Positions 28,684 to 41,582 are shown, numbered from the stretch's first letter. The stretch is 64,000 bases of DNA from Eledone cirrhosa (GCA_964016885.1 OZ024740.1:42718001-42782000); one strand, 5' to 3'. The notes: a model not told the origin generated them from the sequence alone. Translations and numbers: made by a program.

Positions 28684-29430
28684 AGTTTCTACACAAGGCC
28701 AGCAATTACCCCAGCGCATTACTGGTACTTTATTTTATCAATCCCGTAAGGATGAAAGGCAAAGTTAACCTCTGTGGAATTTGAACTCAGACTATAAATG
28801 GCCGTAACTCTATGCCGCAAAGCATGGCGTCTGACAGTCTACCGATACTGCCAATCCAGTATCAATAATAATTGTTTCTACTTTAGGCACAAGCCCAGCT
28901 ATACCCAGTGCATTACTGGTACTTTATTTTATCGACCCCTTAAGGATGAAAGGCAAAGTAAACCTCGGCGGGATTTGAACTCAAACCGTAAAGGGACGTA
29001 ACTATGCTGGAAAGCATGGAGACTATCAATAATAATTGTTTCTACTTTAGGCACAAGGCCAGCAAATATCCAGTGCATTACTGGTACTTTATTTTATCGA
29101 CCCCGTAAGGATGAAAGGCAAAGTCAACCTCGGCGGGATTTGAACTCAGATCGTAAAGGGACGTAACTATGCTGGAAAGCATGGCGTCCGACCCTCTACC
29201 GATACTGCCAATCCACCGCCCTTTCAATAATAATGATTTCTAGTATAGCCACACAAAAGGCCAGTAATTTGGGAGGAGGGGAACGTCGATTAAATCGACC
29301 CCAGTACGTTACTGGTGCTTCATTTTATCGACCCTCTAAGGACGAAAGGCAAAGTTAACCTCGGCGGGATTTGAACTCAGATCATAAAGAGCCGTAGCTC
29401 TATGCTGCATAGTATGGCGTCCGACCCTCT
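28684..29430 (-). mobile_element. Head-to-tail stack of four SINEs
   Basis: Four copies of the GTACTTTATTTTATCGACCCC-like core separated by TCAATAATAAT linkers. Confidence 0.85.
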
Positions 29431-29940
29431 AATAATATACCTGCCAGAGTTTTTATAAATATACGTATGGTAGGTCAAAAGCCAATACGTCATATGATGT
29501 GTGCTAATAGTTAACACAATCCTTAACTTCAAATTTAGCAAAAAAACCATCAAAAACATTGATTTTGAATACACATTGGCATATCTATTTTCCTCACGCA
29601 ATATTACGTGGAAGAATAGACGTTGGGGCATTTATATATTTTCCAAATAAAATTGCCACTCAATTAATCCAGTGAATCCTAATCAGGATTAAAACTATCT
29701 TCTTTCGTAAACTACCATATGTAATTTACGGGAGAAGATAACTTTCTAATAGGCATGTGTGAATGTCGGCATTCATCAACTCTTACATAACTACACTCAC
29801 ATGCATGCACACACATGCGCATACATATACGTACACACAAATAAATATATTTGTAACAATTTTGTGTATTGAAGTGTATAAAGATTTCCATGTTTAAGTT
29901 AATGTATATATATATATATATATATGCGTATATATATATA

Positions 29941-30055
29941 CAGTGGCGGACTGGCCAGGTTGCCAGGTTGCCCAATGGCAAGTGGGCCCCAGGGTGGCAT
30001 TGCAGGAACCCACAGTAGCATTGAAGGGCCCATTGTAGTATTTTAGGGGCCAATG
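29941..30055. mobile_element. Possible hAT-like terminal fragment
   Basis: Begins CAGTGGCGGA with GGGCCC subterminal motifs; no partner TIR found. Confidence 0.3.
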
Positions 30056-30199
30056 CTTAGCTTTCAAAAAAAACAAAACAAAAAAAAAACCTGAAGTCTA
30101 AGAGAAAGAATAACATTTTGAAAAATAAATAAAACAATTAAGCAAAGCATTTGGACCACCAATTCCCCAGGGAATTTATAGGAACCAAAATATATGATA

Positions 30200-30660
30200 G
30201 TGCAAATAGCTGGAATCAGTGGTCTATATATCTATATATGCAACCTTATTTAAATACTTTCATATGTACGCATCTCTATATCAAAATATAACTCTCAGAC
30301 CCACGTATGTAATACACAACTACATTAAACACAACCACAGGGTTATAGTCCGAACGTGGAAGAACCAAACTACCACTGTCATCACCTCTGTCTCTCTCGT
30401 CCTCCTCATCTCTCTGTATGGTAAGTAAATTGGGTCCCACGTGCTGGCCTCCCCACAGCCCCGGCGGACAGAATAGAGAAGGCGTTTCCCCGGATGATGA
30501 TGAGGAAGATGCGCTGGAAGAGACATTCCATCTCGTGAGGCTCACACCTGCGGTTGGCAAGCACAGCGCCTATGGTGATGAGTAGGGAAGTAACCCTAGG
30601 GCCAAGGACACCAGAAGTCTCTACTGCCCAGGGCACGACCGCAAACCTGTCGGTGTGCTT
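30200..30660 (-). mobile_element. CRE-clade LINE 3' end (RLE C-terminus and 3' UTR)
   Basis: VPWAVETSGVLGP…LFQRIFLIIIRGNAFSIL in ORF 30406-30714 matches the CRE C-terminal pattern. Confidence 0.75.
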
Positions 30661-30800
30661 TCTACAAAATCTAAAGCTTAGTGCATGCAAACATACATAT
30701 ATAGACACACACATGCATGTATATATATATATCCTGATTATTACTGGAATTCTATAGGAATCTAGCTTCTATAATTTTCGACGGAAGCATGTGTGTACGT

Positions 30801-30842
30801 GATCTGATGAACGCCAACCAGCGTGAAACAGACTGTTAGATT
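30801..30842 (+). ncRNA. Hammerhead-like motif
   Basis: CUGAUGA-ACGC-CAACCA-GCGU-GAAA-CAG-A-CUG-UU; stem I is poor. Confidence 0.5.
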
Positions 30843-31490
30843 CTCCCCCTTCTTTCGCCGAAAAGAAGTAAGTGACATAGTCACTACTTTAAAACTGATA
30901 GCGTATGGTCTTCTAAATGTTTTTAATTAAACATATGGTATATTGCCAGATATACTATACATACTTTCATGTATACATGGCTATTTCAGAGCCCCAATCC
31001 TAATATATATATATATATATATATATAGACGAACTACTGACGAACTATTGACGTACATGTACGTCAATACTCATCTTTTCCCATTTCTCCGAGGGTTCTT
31101 AACCCCACTATCACACTAAATAATTTCCTTAATTTCTTTAGTGAAAATACGGCGATAGCTTACATTTCTAATAATATATATATATATAAACAAATATATA
31201 TAAACAAATAATAGAAAGGAAAAAGATTCTTTCAGTAGAAAATGTTGAAGAGATTGTTTCAGTGAGATATCAAAACATTAACTTATTTACAATACCGGTT
31301 TCAGCATTATATGCATTGTCAATTGCTATGTAGAATATTGTTAAGTTGCATATGTGTACAAATAGTGATAATGAAGAAAATGAAAATAAAAAGGGGAAGA
31401 AAAGAGTACATTTCTCTGTCCACGCTTCTCTTTTTCCTTTCTACTTTTTTTTTTGTATATATATCAAATCGTGTGTTACTTTTCTACATT

Positions 31491-31565
<75 letters not shown>

Positions 31566-31609
31566 TATTGAAGTTTGCTTGAAGGATTGTGGAATAATAA
31601 GATATATTT

Positions 31610-32290
31610 TATTTAGGTCATTTTGGAAGCCTCAACAATGCAGATGGGCAATTCTCCGGGTAACAAGATCCCGTGGTGAAGAGAGATATAAGTGAATGTA
31701 GAATGAGATGTATAGTGTGTAGAAGAACGTAGGAAAGAGCGTAAAAAATAAAAATAATAACACGAGATAGGGAGAGATTTAATTGTCCCTATATTTCATC
31801 ATATATTCAAAACAACGAACAGCGGAGGACACGTATCGCACCTATCCGACAGATACCCCCCCCCCCGGAAAACCCACAGTTGATGGATTTGAATCCGAAA
31901 TATAGGGACAATTAAATCTCTCCCAAGCTAACTCTATATCGTGTTATTTACGAAGGGCGGTGGATTGGCAGTATCGGTAGAGGGTCGGACGCCATGCTTT
32001 CCAGCATAGTTACGTCCATTTACGATCTGAGTTCAAATCCCGCCGAGGTTGACTTTGCCTTTCATCCTTACGGGATCGATAAAATAAAGTACCAGTAATG
32101 CACTGGGTTATTGCTGGCCTTGTGCCTAAAGTAGAAACAGTTATTACTTTTATTTTTTACGCTCTGTCCTACGTTTTTCTACATCCTATACATCTCATTC
32201 TACATTCACTTACATCTCACTCTTCACCACCGGACCTTGTTATCCGGAGAATTACCCATCTGCATTGTTGAGGCTTCCAAAACGGCCTAA
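31610..32290. repeat. Fold-back (inverted pLTR-like) element with a SINE in the right arm
   Basis: 31610-31797 is inverted relative to 31898-32290 once the SINE at 31955-32139 is removed; decayed HHR-like GAUGGAU-UUGA-AUCC-GAAA-UAUA near the centre. Confidence 0.75.
31955..32139 (+). mobile_element. tRNA-derived SINE, full length
   Basis: Near identical to 7058-7245. Confidence 0.9.
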
Positions 32291-32444
32291 AGAGTAAAAA
32301 AACAAAACAAAAAAACATATATATATATATGTGTGTGTATGTGTGTGTGTGTGTGTAAAAGGTAAACAGAAATAAGAACACATTCGTTACAGTATATGGA
32401 AGGAATATATTAGGTTACCGCTTGAAATAGCAGGAAGAGGGCCA

Positions 32445-32475
32445 TAACATTTCGGACGCTAGACCTTCATCAGAA
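32445..32475 (-). ncRNA. PLE-type minimal hammerhead-like motif
   Basis: CUGAUGA-AGG-UCUAGCGU-CC-GAAA-UGUUA; stem I is unclear. Confidence 0.5.
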
Positions 32476-32893
32476 GAAAGAATGAGAAATAAGATAGATT
32501 GCAGGGACGGGTGGGTTGGAATTGGAAAAAATGTCTTTTGATAAAAATAATAGGTCTATTCATGTTGACATCTCATGCATATGCTTGTTCGTGTGTAAAT
32601 ACATAAATATATTTATGTATTATATAGGCGTGTATATATAGGCGTACATAAGCCTATATATACACATGAACGCAAGCATTTCCGTATTTAGAGACAGAGT
32701 CACATATATACAAACATAGGTACACACACGCACATACACGCTTGTTCGTGCATACATACTCGCATGTACATGTGCCTGTAGGTATGCCTGCATAGATGTG
32801 CACTCACATGTACGTATGTGTGCATGTATATACAAGTACACACACATCCATACACATACATGCACATACACATTTAAGTATAGACACACAGGA

Positions 32894-32960
<67 letters not shown>

Positions 32961-33049
32961 ATTACACGGACATACACCTATATATACATATGAATATGTT
33001 ATATAAAACCAACTGAAATACATAAATACATACATATACATATAAATAG

Positions 33050-34170
33050 GGGGAAATTGTTCATAGAAGGGTTCTTCTGTTTGTTTGGGTAATTTAGTTC
33101 TGATAAGACCCTGCGTTAGGCGCTGCCTTTCCTGAGATGTCCGTGTGTATGCGCGTGTTGTTGCAAGCAGTTCATCACAACCTCGGATCTCGAGTTAACT
33201 TGGTGCTCCTTAAGTCTGAGGATATCTATAGATTCCCAAAGGCGCAACTGGCACCGTCTTCTTCCGGGAATGTATAGAGGTGCGCGTTAAAGGATAGCTA
33301 ATTCCATTGTGAAGTAGATACTTTTGTCCTTCAGCCACCGGACCTACGCTAGCAGACTGGTTTGTGATCGTTTATGCCGTTGTGGAGCTGACGTGGTTAT
33401 AGAACCGGAATTTAAATTCTGTTCCAGTTGCTGCTATGTAGATATCTTTGTTCGTCAGCATGAAAGGTGCATCTGTAGACAATTCCGGCGACCAAACAGT
33501 TGTTTTTCCTGTTCTGGAGATACGGTGGTCTGGCTGCGTCGTGGGGCGAATGAGTTGATGATTTGTAGTTTCGGTACGTCCGTTGGTGAATGGTCAAACC
33601 CTCTTGCAACGTGAGGATGGTGGTTCGGTGTGGAGTCAGTGTTACCATGACTGGTAATTTTCCGGATCTTTTCATTGTTGATGACTATTATCAAGCTCTC
33701 AAGGTTCGGTGTTGTCGAAAACGGGAACTTGACAGTGAAACTATTGAAGATCCTGTGGTAATTGCGTCTAGGGTGATGCACTGGAAGAGGACCCTAAAGA
33801 AGGCTCCGGTGGTTTTATTTCGGACATATCTGGAATAGGGCGCATTGAACCAGGCCACATATCTGTTGCATGATTTTTTTATGCATGCATCTACACTCTT
33901 TCAGGAATGCTGATATGGGAACTAGCACGGCCCTGGCAATACATGTCTGGCAATTAAATAATAAAGGAGTCCCACATGAGATTACTTGGAATGTACTTGA
34001 AATATCAAACCATACACCAATGATACCAAGGGATGTCGTCTCTACCTTAGTGAAACATTTAGAATATTAAAACGTTTGTCGTATGCGAACAATTATTATT
34101 TGAAATTCAAGAATAACATTTTTAGAGGATGTCTCCATCTTAAAGCCAACTCCTTGATAAGCAGAAATAC
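33050..34170. mobile_element. Degraded PLE fragments in opposite orientations
   Basis: Minus 33230-33860 (HRIFNSFTVKFPFSTTPNL) and plus 33880-34170 (HSFRN…STALAIHVWQL…ITWNVL) resemble the PLE at 16798-17554. Confidence 0.6.
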
Positions 34171-34699
34171 CCAATAAATTCAACTGACTTTCAACGACCG
34201 TAATTTGTTTGATATACTCTTTAAACATTTTTCTATTTTTTCTTTATCCACACTTAAATAATTCAGTACATCGACTATACTACTCTACCTCATACCTTAA
34301 TAAATATTTCCATCTCTATACTACTTACCACCACATATGAACTGTGTGTGTGTGGGGGTGTATGTGTGTGTGGGGTGTGTGTGTGGGGGGGTGTATGTTT
34401 GTATAGGTGTATGATGGAGTAGGCATGCACATATAAACATAAAAGTGGACGAAATCTTTTAACTAATTTCATATCTGAATAGCTTCTTCTTCACGTAGAG
34501 ACTATAATTTCATATTTACATGAGAAAGATTCATACAATCCAGGAATTAATTTCCATTTCAGACATAAACAGATTAACAACATACCACTATACCAGCCTA
34601 ATCTTATGAACAATTATCAGGTGAAACCAATCAATTATGATCAAAGTGAAATTATCGAATAAGAATAAATATAGCATATAGGATGTCGCCATTGTTGTC

Positions 34700-34767
34700 T
34701 TCATCATTGTCATCATCATCGCAGCCGCCAGTACCATCATATCATCATCATCATCATCCTCGCCATC

Positions 34768-34813
<46 letters not shown>

Positions 34814-34858
34814 CCATCCCCATCACATCATTATCATGATCATCGCCATCACCATCGC

Positions 34859-34893
<35 letters not shown>

Positions 34894-34918
34894 CCATCCT
34901 CATCACATCATTATCATC

Positions 34919-34962
<44 letters not shown>

Positions 34963-35105
34963 AATTATCCTCGTCGTTATGGCCGTCCCCATCATCCCCA
35001 TCTTCATCTGGTCCACCTATTTATCTTCATCGTCATCAGTATCACCACCACCACCACACCACCATCATCATCATCGTCGTCTCCTCATCGCACTCATAAT
35101 CATCA
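34700..35105. repeat. (CAT)n trinucleotide microsatellite
   Basis: Direct sequence. Confidence 0.95.
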
Positions 35106-35618
35106 ACGTCCCCATCAAGTTTGTTTTTGCCTATTCCGAAGTATTCAACCATGAAATTTTTATCTTGGAATTCTTCGTATGACGTATTGTATGACGACAC
35201 AGCAATGGTGGCCGAATTGTTCTAAAGCCACATTGCATATCAAGAGCTTTTCATTTGCTCAATTAAATACTAAACTGATGAAATAAACTAGACTACAGTT
35301 TCTACAGTAATTTTCAGATCATTTACATTTCTCAGATGTATATCCTATCTGAGTTAGAAGCATAATCCTGCAAAACAAACTTTACTAAGAGTTCTTATAT
35401 GGCTTTTAGTATTCGCTTTCAGTTACTAATACTATAGAGAATAAATGATATTCTGCATATACTGAAGATCTTATATAGAATACATACAACAGACATACAT
35501 ACACGCACACATACAGACACACACACACACATATATATATATACACTCATATCTATGTGTGCGCATATATATATATACACATATATAAATATATATATAT
35601 ATATGTATACACATGCAA

Positions 35619-35667
<49 letters not shown>

Positions 35668-36012
35668 AATTAAAATGAAGAATTAGAAATAGAAGCCAGT
35701 ACTATCCATCATCAGTGGTCTACTAGCCATCATAGGTATTTCTTCGCATTAATGTCCAGATATCTAAGGCCAGCGCGAACAATAACTAAAATAAGTTATT
35801 GGAATAAAAAGAATTGGGTAGAGAAAGAGAGACAGGTCACAGCGAAGGGGAAAGCATATAGGAATGAAAAAGGTGGGCTGTGTTGTTGCACTGGTGATAT
35901 ACATTCATTTTAATTTGTATATCACATTGTAACAACACAGCACGCCATTTTTCATTCTTATATATATATATAGAAAACGAGGAATCAGTGATGCATCGGA
36001 ACACAATTTATT

Positions 36013-36105
36013 ACGTATTACAATTGTTTCTCCGGCGAACACCTCGAGGTGCGATCTGTTTGTTGATCGAACTTGATTCTGGATTCGCAAGTTCCTCAGA
36101 TACAT
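36013..36105 (-). ncRNA. Type I hammerhead with extended stem II
   Basis: AUGUAU-CUGAGGA-(about 60 nt)-GAAA-CAAUUG-UA-AUACGU; homologous to 58006-58102. Confidence 0.7.
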
Positions 36106-36252
36106 CTAGTGATTTCGAAGCAAATCCTCTCTCTGCTGGACTCCGACCCTTCGAATTTCTATCATCTGCCACCATCCTTAATACAAATATATATATGTAT
36201 ATATATATTTGTAGTATATATATATATATTTGCAGTATATATATATATATAT

Positions 36253-36385
<133 letters not shown>

Positions 36386-37134
36386 TCTGAGACTAATATA
36401 AAGAGTACAGTTTTGTCCTGCAGAAGAGCCCGCCCTAAACATATATATATATACATGTAGGTATAATTATCATATCCTACAGAAGATTTGGTAGTCTATC
36501 ACTATTGGATATATGTTAGTCTATAGTGGTTCGTCTATTATCGAATTCCTGTCAGTAATAAAAAAATTGATTTTTATTTGATAGCTGATCAAGAGAATTT
36601 TATTTCAAGGTTTTAGGAATTTTCTTGGAAAGACTCTGCTCTGATACCAGTTTAAAGTTTTGCAATTCCTGCCCACACCGCATTCTATTGGATATATACA
36701 TTTCCACTCCACAAATGCGTTGCTAGGTTAAATCATGCAGTAAAAAATTATCACCAGCAATATTCCGATCGAAAGAAACCGTGTCTTTCGTAAGAGGCTA
36801 GTACACATTTGTATGTTTATTTCAACATGTGTTGCTCTTCCCTCTCTCCGATTCTCTTTTTCTCATTATACATGTATGTATGTGCATACATATATGCACA
36901 CGCACTAACACACACACATACACACACACACACATACACGCACACACACATATATACATATATACATATATACATATATACATATATACATATATATATA
37001 TATCTAAGGAGTGTAAGATCGATACAGATCAAACCTTGAGCTGATCAGTGGCGAAACGCGCGTCACCTACCAATAAATGTAATGAAGGAGTAACGGATGG
37101 TCCTTGTTATCTTTTCCATATATATATATATAAA

Positions 37135-38326
37135 TATTTCGTTTCTGAATTTGTTTAGCAAGATTCTTTATCTGAAAACGTGTGTTGAAACCGATATTGT
37201 TATACTTTGGGAGGGTCATGTTGCCAATAAGAAACACACGCACCAGTTGCTTTCACTTCAATTTATTATAATAAATTTATAAATTTAGGAATTTATAAAT
37301 TTCCGGTTGGTTGGTTGGTTCCACAACCAGATGGTTGTTTATATATTGTCAAAGTTCTTTCGTCACACATTATGTGACCTCTTCAGTGACTGGGGATTCT
37401 TTTCTTTGTTTTTTGTGCCACTCCTTTGTTCTGTCCTACACCATCTTGTTTTTGCGTGTGTGTTGTGTGCTTAGTTTGCGCATGTGTCACATCCGGGTGC
37501 CTGTGTGTGTTTATATTCGTTTATTTATTTGTTTATTTACATGTTACTGGTTGGTTGTTTGTTCTATGTGCGTGTGTGTTTTCATTTTGTCCTTAATTGT
37601 AGGTTGTGATGTTGCTGTTCCACTCATGTTTTCTATTTAATTTTGGTTGTAATTCATTTATGTTTATTGCCTCTGTGATTTGTCTAAACATTGCGTCTTT
37701 TCTGTGTGTAGATTCTATTTTCATTTCTATGTTCTCTAATTTACCCTTATGTCTATTTTAGCATGTTGGTAGAGTACAGATGATTCTTTACTATCTTCAA
37801 GGTCTCGCCAGTGTTCATTTATCCGTTCCCCTATACTACGAGCTGTCTCACCTATGTACACTATATTTTTATCTCTACATTGTCCTTCAGTACATCTTAT
37901 GCTATATACTACATTTCTAGTTTTATAGTTAATATGGGGGCTTAATTTACAGATTATACATTTTCTTATCTATACAGGTAGGTCTTTGAAAAGGGTATGT
38001 ATTGCTAATAAGTGATTTTATGGAGTTACCTGGTCTTTCTACTATCTTAATATTGAGTTTATGTTTATCTAGGGCTCTTCTAAATTTTTAAGCTAATTCA
38101 CCTCCAGGGGTTGTATCGATGAACATTACACTCTGTTATTTATTGCTATCATACCATGAGTTTATTCTATTAGCCTTATTCCTAGTTCTTTCTATTCTAT
38201 TCCAAAATTTGCTCCTATACAAGGGGCAGGTCCGATTTGTGTAATTATTTCCCATTTTTTCCCATTTGGTTCTGGCTCCTCTATACACTCTGATTTTATC
38301 TCTCTGATTGTAACCAGAGAACTGCA
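37135..38326 (-). mobile_element. PLE fragment, second copy of the 250-1410 family, with HHR at 37348-37390
   Basis: Colinear with 250-1408; HHR GUCA-CUGAAGA-G-GUCAC…GUGAC-GAAA-GAAC-UU-UGAC; ORF frameshifted. Confidence 0.85.
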
Positions 38327-38344
38327 TATATATATATATATATA

Positions 38345-38870
38345 TAATATATAGTAAGAAACACAGTAAACCGTGTGTCTAAAATTACAAGGGTTGAAAA
38401 ACCACATATGCTTGAAATATTTAACCAAGAAACAGACAGAATCACAAAATGAAAATAAAAATATATTATCATAATAATACAAACCGCCTCAATAACCATT
38501 ATATCTCTCGGACAGATTATCCCTAATCTGTTTCGCCCTGGCTGTGTTTGTAACAGATAATCCTGGGCTTCATCAGCGAGAGATTGCGATTAAATGCCAC
38601 AAACACTATTTGCCAACGTTCACACAGAAAGATGAATTCATCACCTCGTGCTTCGCCAGTCAAACGTGGTAAGCGCGTATTGAACAGAAATAACAGTCCA
38701 ACACGCACAACTTAGCTCAACTTGTAAGGGAGCAGAAATATATATATGAGAATTAGAACCCTGTAACCATTAAGCTCTAAGTATAAAGTACAAATAAATA
38801 CTGAGCCGATTAACAATATATAGTAAGAAACACTGTAAACCGTGTGTCTAAAATTACAAGGGTTGAAAAA
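38345..38870 (-). repeat. Inverted copy (about 1.1 unit) of the 472-bp HHR repeat
   Basis: Reverse complement of the array unit; intact HHR at 38503-38584; joins the direct array at an AA overlap near 38869-38870. Confidence 0.9.
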
Positions 38871-41519
38871 GCCCAGGATTATCTGTTACAAACACACTCA
38901 GGGCGAAACAGATTAGGGATAATCTGTCTGAGAGATATAATGGTAATTGAGGCCGTTTGTATTATTATGATAATATATTTTTATTTTCATTTTGTCATTC
39001 TGTCTGTTTCTTGGTTAAATATTTCAAGCATATGTGGTTTTTCAACCCTTGTAATTTTAGACACACGGTTTACTGTGTTTCTTACTATATATTGTTAATC
39101 AGCTCAGTATTTATTTGTACTTTATACTTAGAGCTTAATGGTTACAGGGTTCTAATTCTCATATATATATTTCTGCTCCCTTACAAGTTGAGCTATTAAG
39201 TTGTGCGTGTTGGACTGTTATTTCTGTTCAATACGCGCTTACCACGTTTGACTGACGAAGCACGAGGTGATGAATTCATCTTTCTGTGTGAACGTTGACA
39301 AATAGTGTTTGTGGCATTTAATAGCAATCTCTCGCTGATGAAGCCCAGGATTATCTGTTACAAACACACTCAGGGCGAAACAGATTAGGGATAATCTGTC
39401 CGAGAGATATAATGGTTATTGAGGCGGTTTGTATTATTATGATAATATATTTTTATTTTCATTTTGTCATATTGTCTGTTTCTTGGTTAAATATTTCAAG
39501 CATATGTGGTTTTTCAACCCTTGTAATTTTAGACACACGGTTTACTGTGTTTCTTACTATATATTGTTAATCGGCTCAGTATTTATTTGTACTTTATACT
39601 TAGAGCTTAATGGTTACAGGGTTCTAATTCTCATATATATATTTCTGCTCCCTTACAAGTGGAGCTATTAAGTTGTGCGTGTTGGACTGTTATTTCTGTT
39701 CAATACGCGCTTACCACGTTTGACTGGCGAAGCACGAGGTGATGAATTCATCTTTCTGTGTGAACGTTGGCAAATAGTGTTTGTGGCATTTAATCGCAAT
39801 CTCTCGCTGATGAAGCCCAGGATTATCTGTTACAAACACACTCAGCGCGAAACAGATTCGGGATAATCTGTCCGAGAGATATAATGGTTATTGAGGCGGT
39901 TTGTATTATTATGATAATATATTTTTATTTTCATTTTGTCATTCTGTCTGTTTCTTGGTTAAATATTTCAAGCATATGTGGTTTTTCAACCCTTGTAATT
40001 TTAGACACACGGTTTACTGTGTTTCTTACTATATATTGTTAATCGGCTCAGTATTTATTTGTACTTTATACTTAGAGCTTAATGGTTACAGGGTTCTAAT
40101 TCTCATATATATATTTCTGCTCCCTTACAAGTTGAGCTATTAAGTTGTGCGTGTTGGACTGTTATTTCTGTTCAATACGCGCTTACCACGTTTGACTGGC
40201 GAAGCACGAGGTGATGAATTCATCTTTCTGTGTGAACGTTGGCAAATAGTGTTTGTGGCATTTAATCGCAATCTCTCGCTGATGAAGCCCAGGATTATCT
40301 GTTACAAACACACTCAGCGCGAAACAGATTAGGGATAATTTGTCCGAGAGATATAATGGTCATTGAGGCGGTTTGTATTATTATGATAATATATTTTTAT
40401 TTTCATTTTGTCATATTGTCTGTTTCTTGGTTAAATATTTCAAGCATATGTGGTTTTTCAACCCTTGTAATTTTAGACACACGGTTTACTGTGTTTCTTA
40501 CTATATATTGTTAATCGGCTCAGTATTTATTTGTACTTTATACTTAGAGCTTAATGGTTACAGGGTTCTAATTCTCATATATATATTTCTGCTCCCTTAC
40601 AAGTGGAGCTATTAAGTTGTGCGTGTTGGACTGTTATTTCTGTTCAATACGCGCTTACCACGTTTGACTGGCGAAGCACGAGGTGATGAATTCATCTTTC
40701 TGTGTGAACGTTGGCAAATAGTGTTTGTGGCATTTAATCGCAATCTCTCGCTGATGAAGCCCAGGATTATCTGTTACAAACACACTCAGCGCGAAACAGA
40801 TTCGGGATAATCTGTCCGAGAGATATAATGGTTATTGAGGCGGTTTGTATTATTATGATAATATATTTTTATTTTCATTTTGTCATTCTGTCTGTTTCTT
40901 GGTTAAATATTTCAAGCATATGTGGTTTTTCAACCCTTGTAATTTTAGACACACGGTTTACTGTGTTTCTTACTATATATTGTTAATCGGCTCAGTATTT
41001 ATTTGTACTTTATACTTAGAGCTTAATGGTTACAGGGTTCTAATTCTCATATATATATTTCTGCTCCCTTACAAGTTGAGCTATTAAGTTGTGCGTGTTG
41101 GACTGTTATTTCTGTTCAATACGCGCTTACCACGTTTGACTGGCGAAGCACGAGGTGATGAATTCATCTTTCTGTGTGAACGTTGGCAAATAGTGTTTGT
41201 GGCATTTAATCGCAATCTCTCGCTGATGAAGCCCAGGATTATCTGTTACAAACACACTCAGCGCGAAACAGATTAGGGATAATTTGTCCGAGAGATATAA
41301 TGGTCATTGAGGCGGTTTGTATTATTATGATAATATATTTTTATTTTCATTTTGTGATTCTGTCTGTTTCTTGGTTAAATATTTCAAGCATATGTGGTTT
41401 TTCAACCCTTGTAATTTTAGACACACGGTTTACTGTGTTTCTTACTATATATTGTTAATCGGCTCAGTATTTATTTGTACTTTATACTTAGAGCTTAATG
41501 GTTACAGGGTTCTAATTCT

Positions 41520-41520
<1 letters not shown>
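38869..41520 (+). repeat. 472-bp tandem array (about 5.6 units), retrozyme-like
   Basis: Equivalent GUC sites end at 38928, 39400, 39872, 40344, 40816 and 41288, an exact 472-bp period; ends in (TA)n. Confidence 0.95.
39327..39408 (+). ncRNA. Type I hammerhead ribozyme; further copies at +472, +944, +1416, +1888 and on the minus strand at 38503-38584
   Basis: Stem I AUCUCUCG/CGAGAGAU, CUGAUGA(A), stem II GCCC/GGGC, GAAA, stem III CAGAUU/AAUCUG, GUC cleavage triplet ending at 39400. Confidence 0.9.

Positions 41521-41582
<62 letters not shown>

Noticed and set aside
34683-35182. Poly-His/Ile/Ser protein
   Set aside because: (CAT)n microsatellite read in shifting frames.
38869-41520. CRISPR array or tandem small-protein genes (repeated 80-aa and 61-63-aa ORFs)
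   Set aside because: Units are wholly repeated with no unique spacers or cas genes. The ORFs start at non-ATG codons, have no motifs and are broken in some units, whereas the HHR fold is retained.
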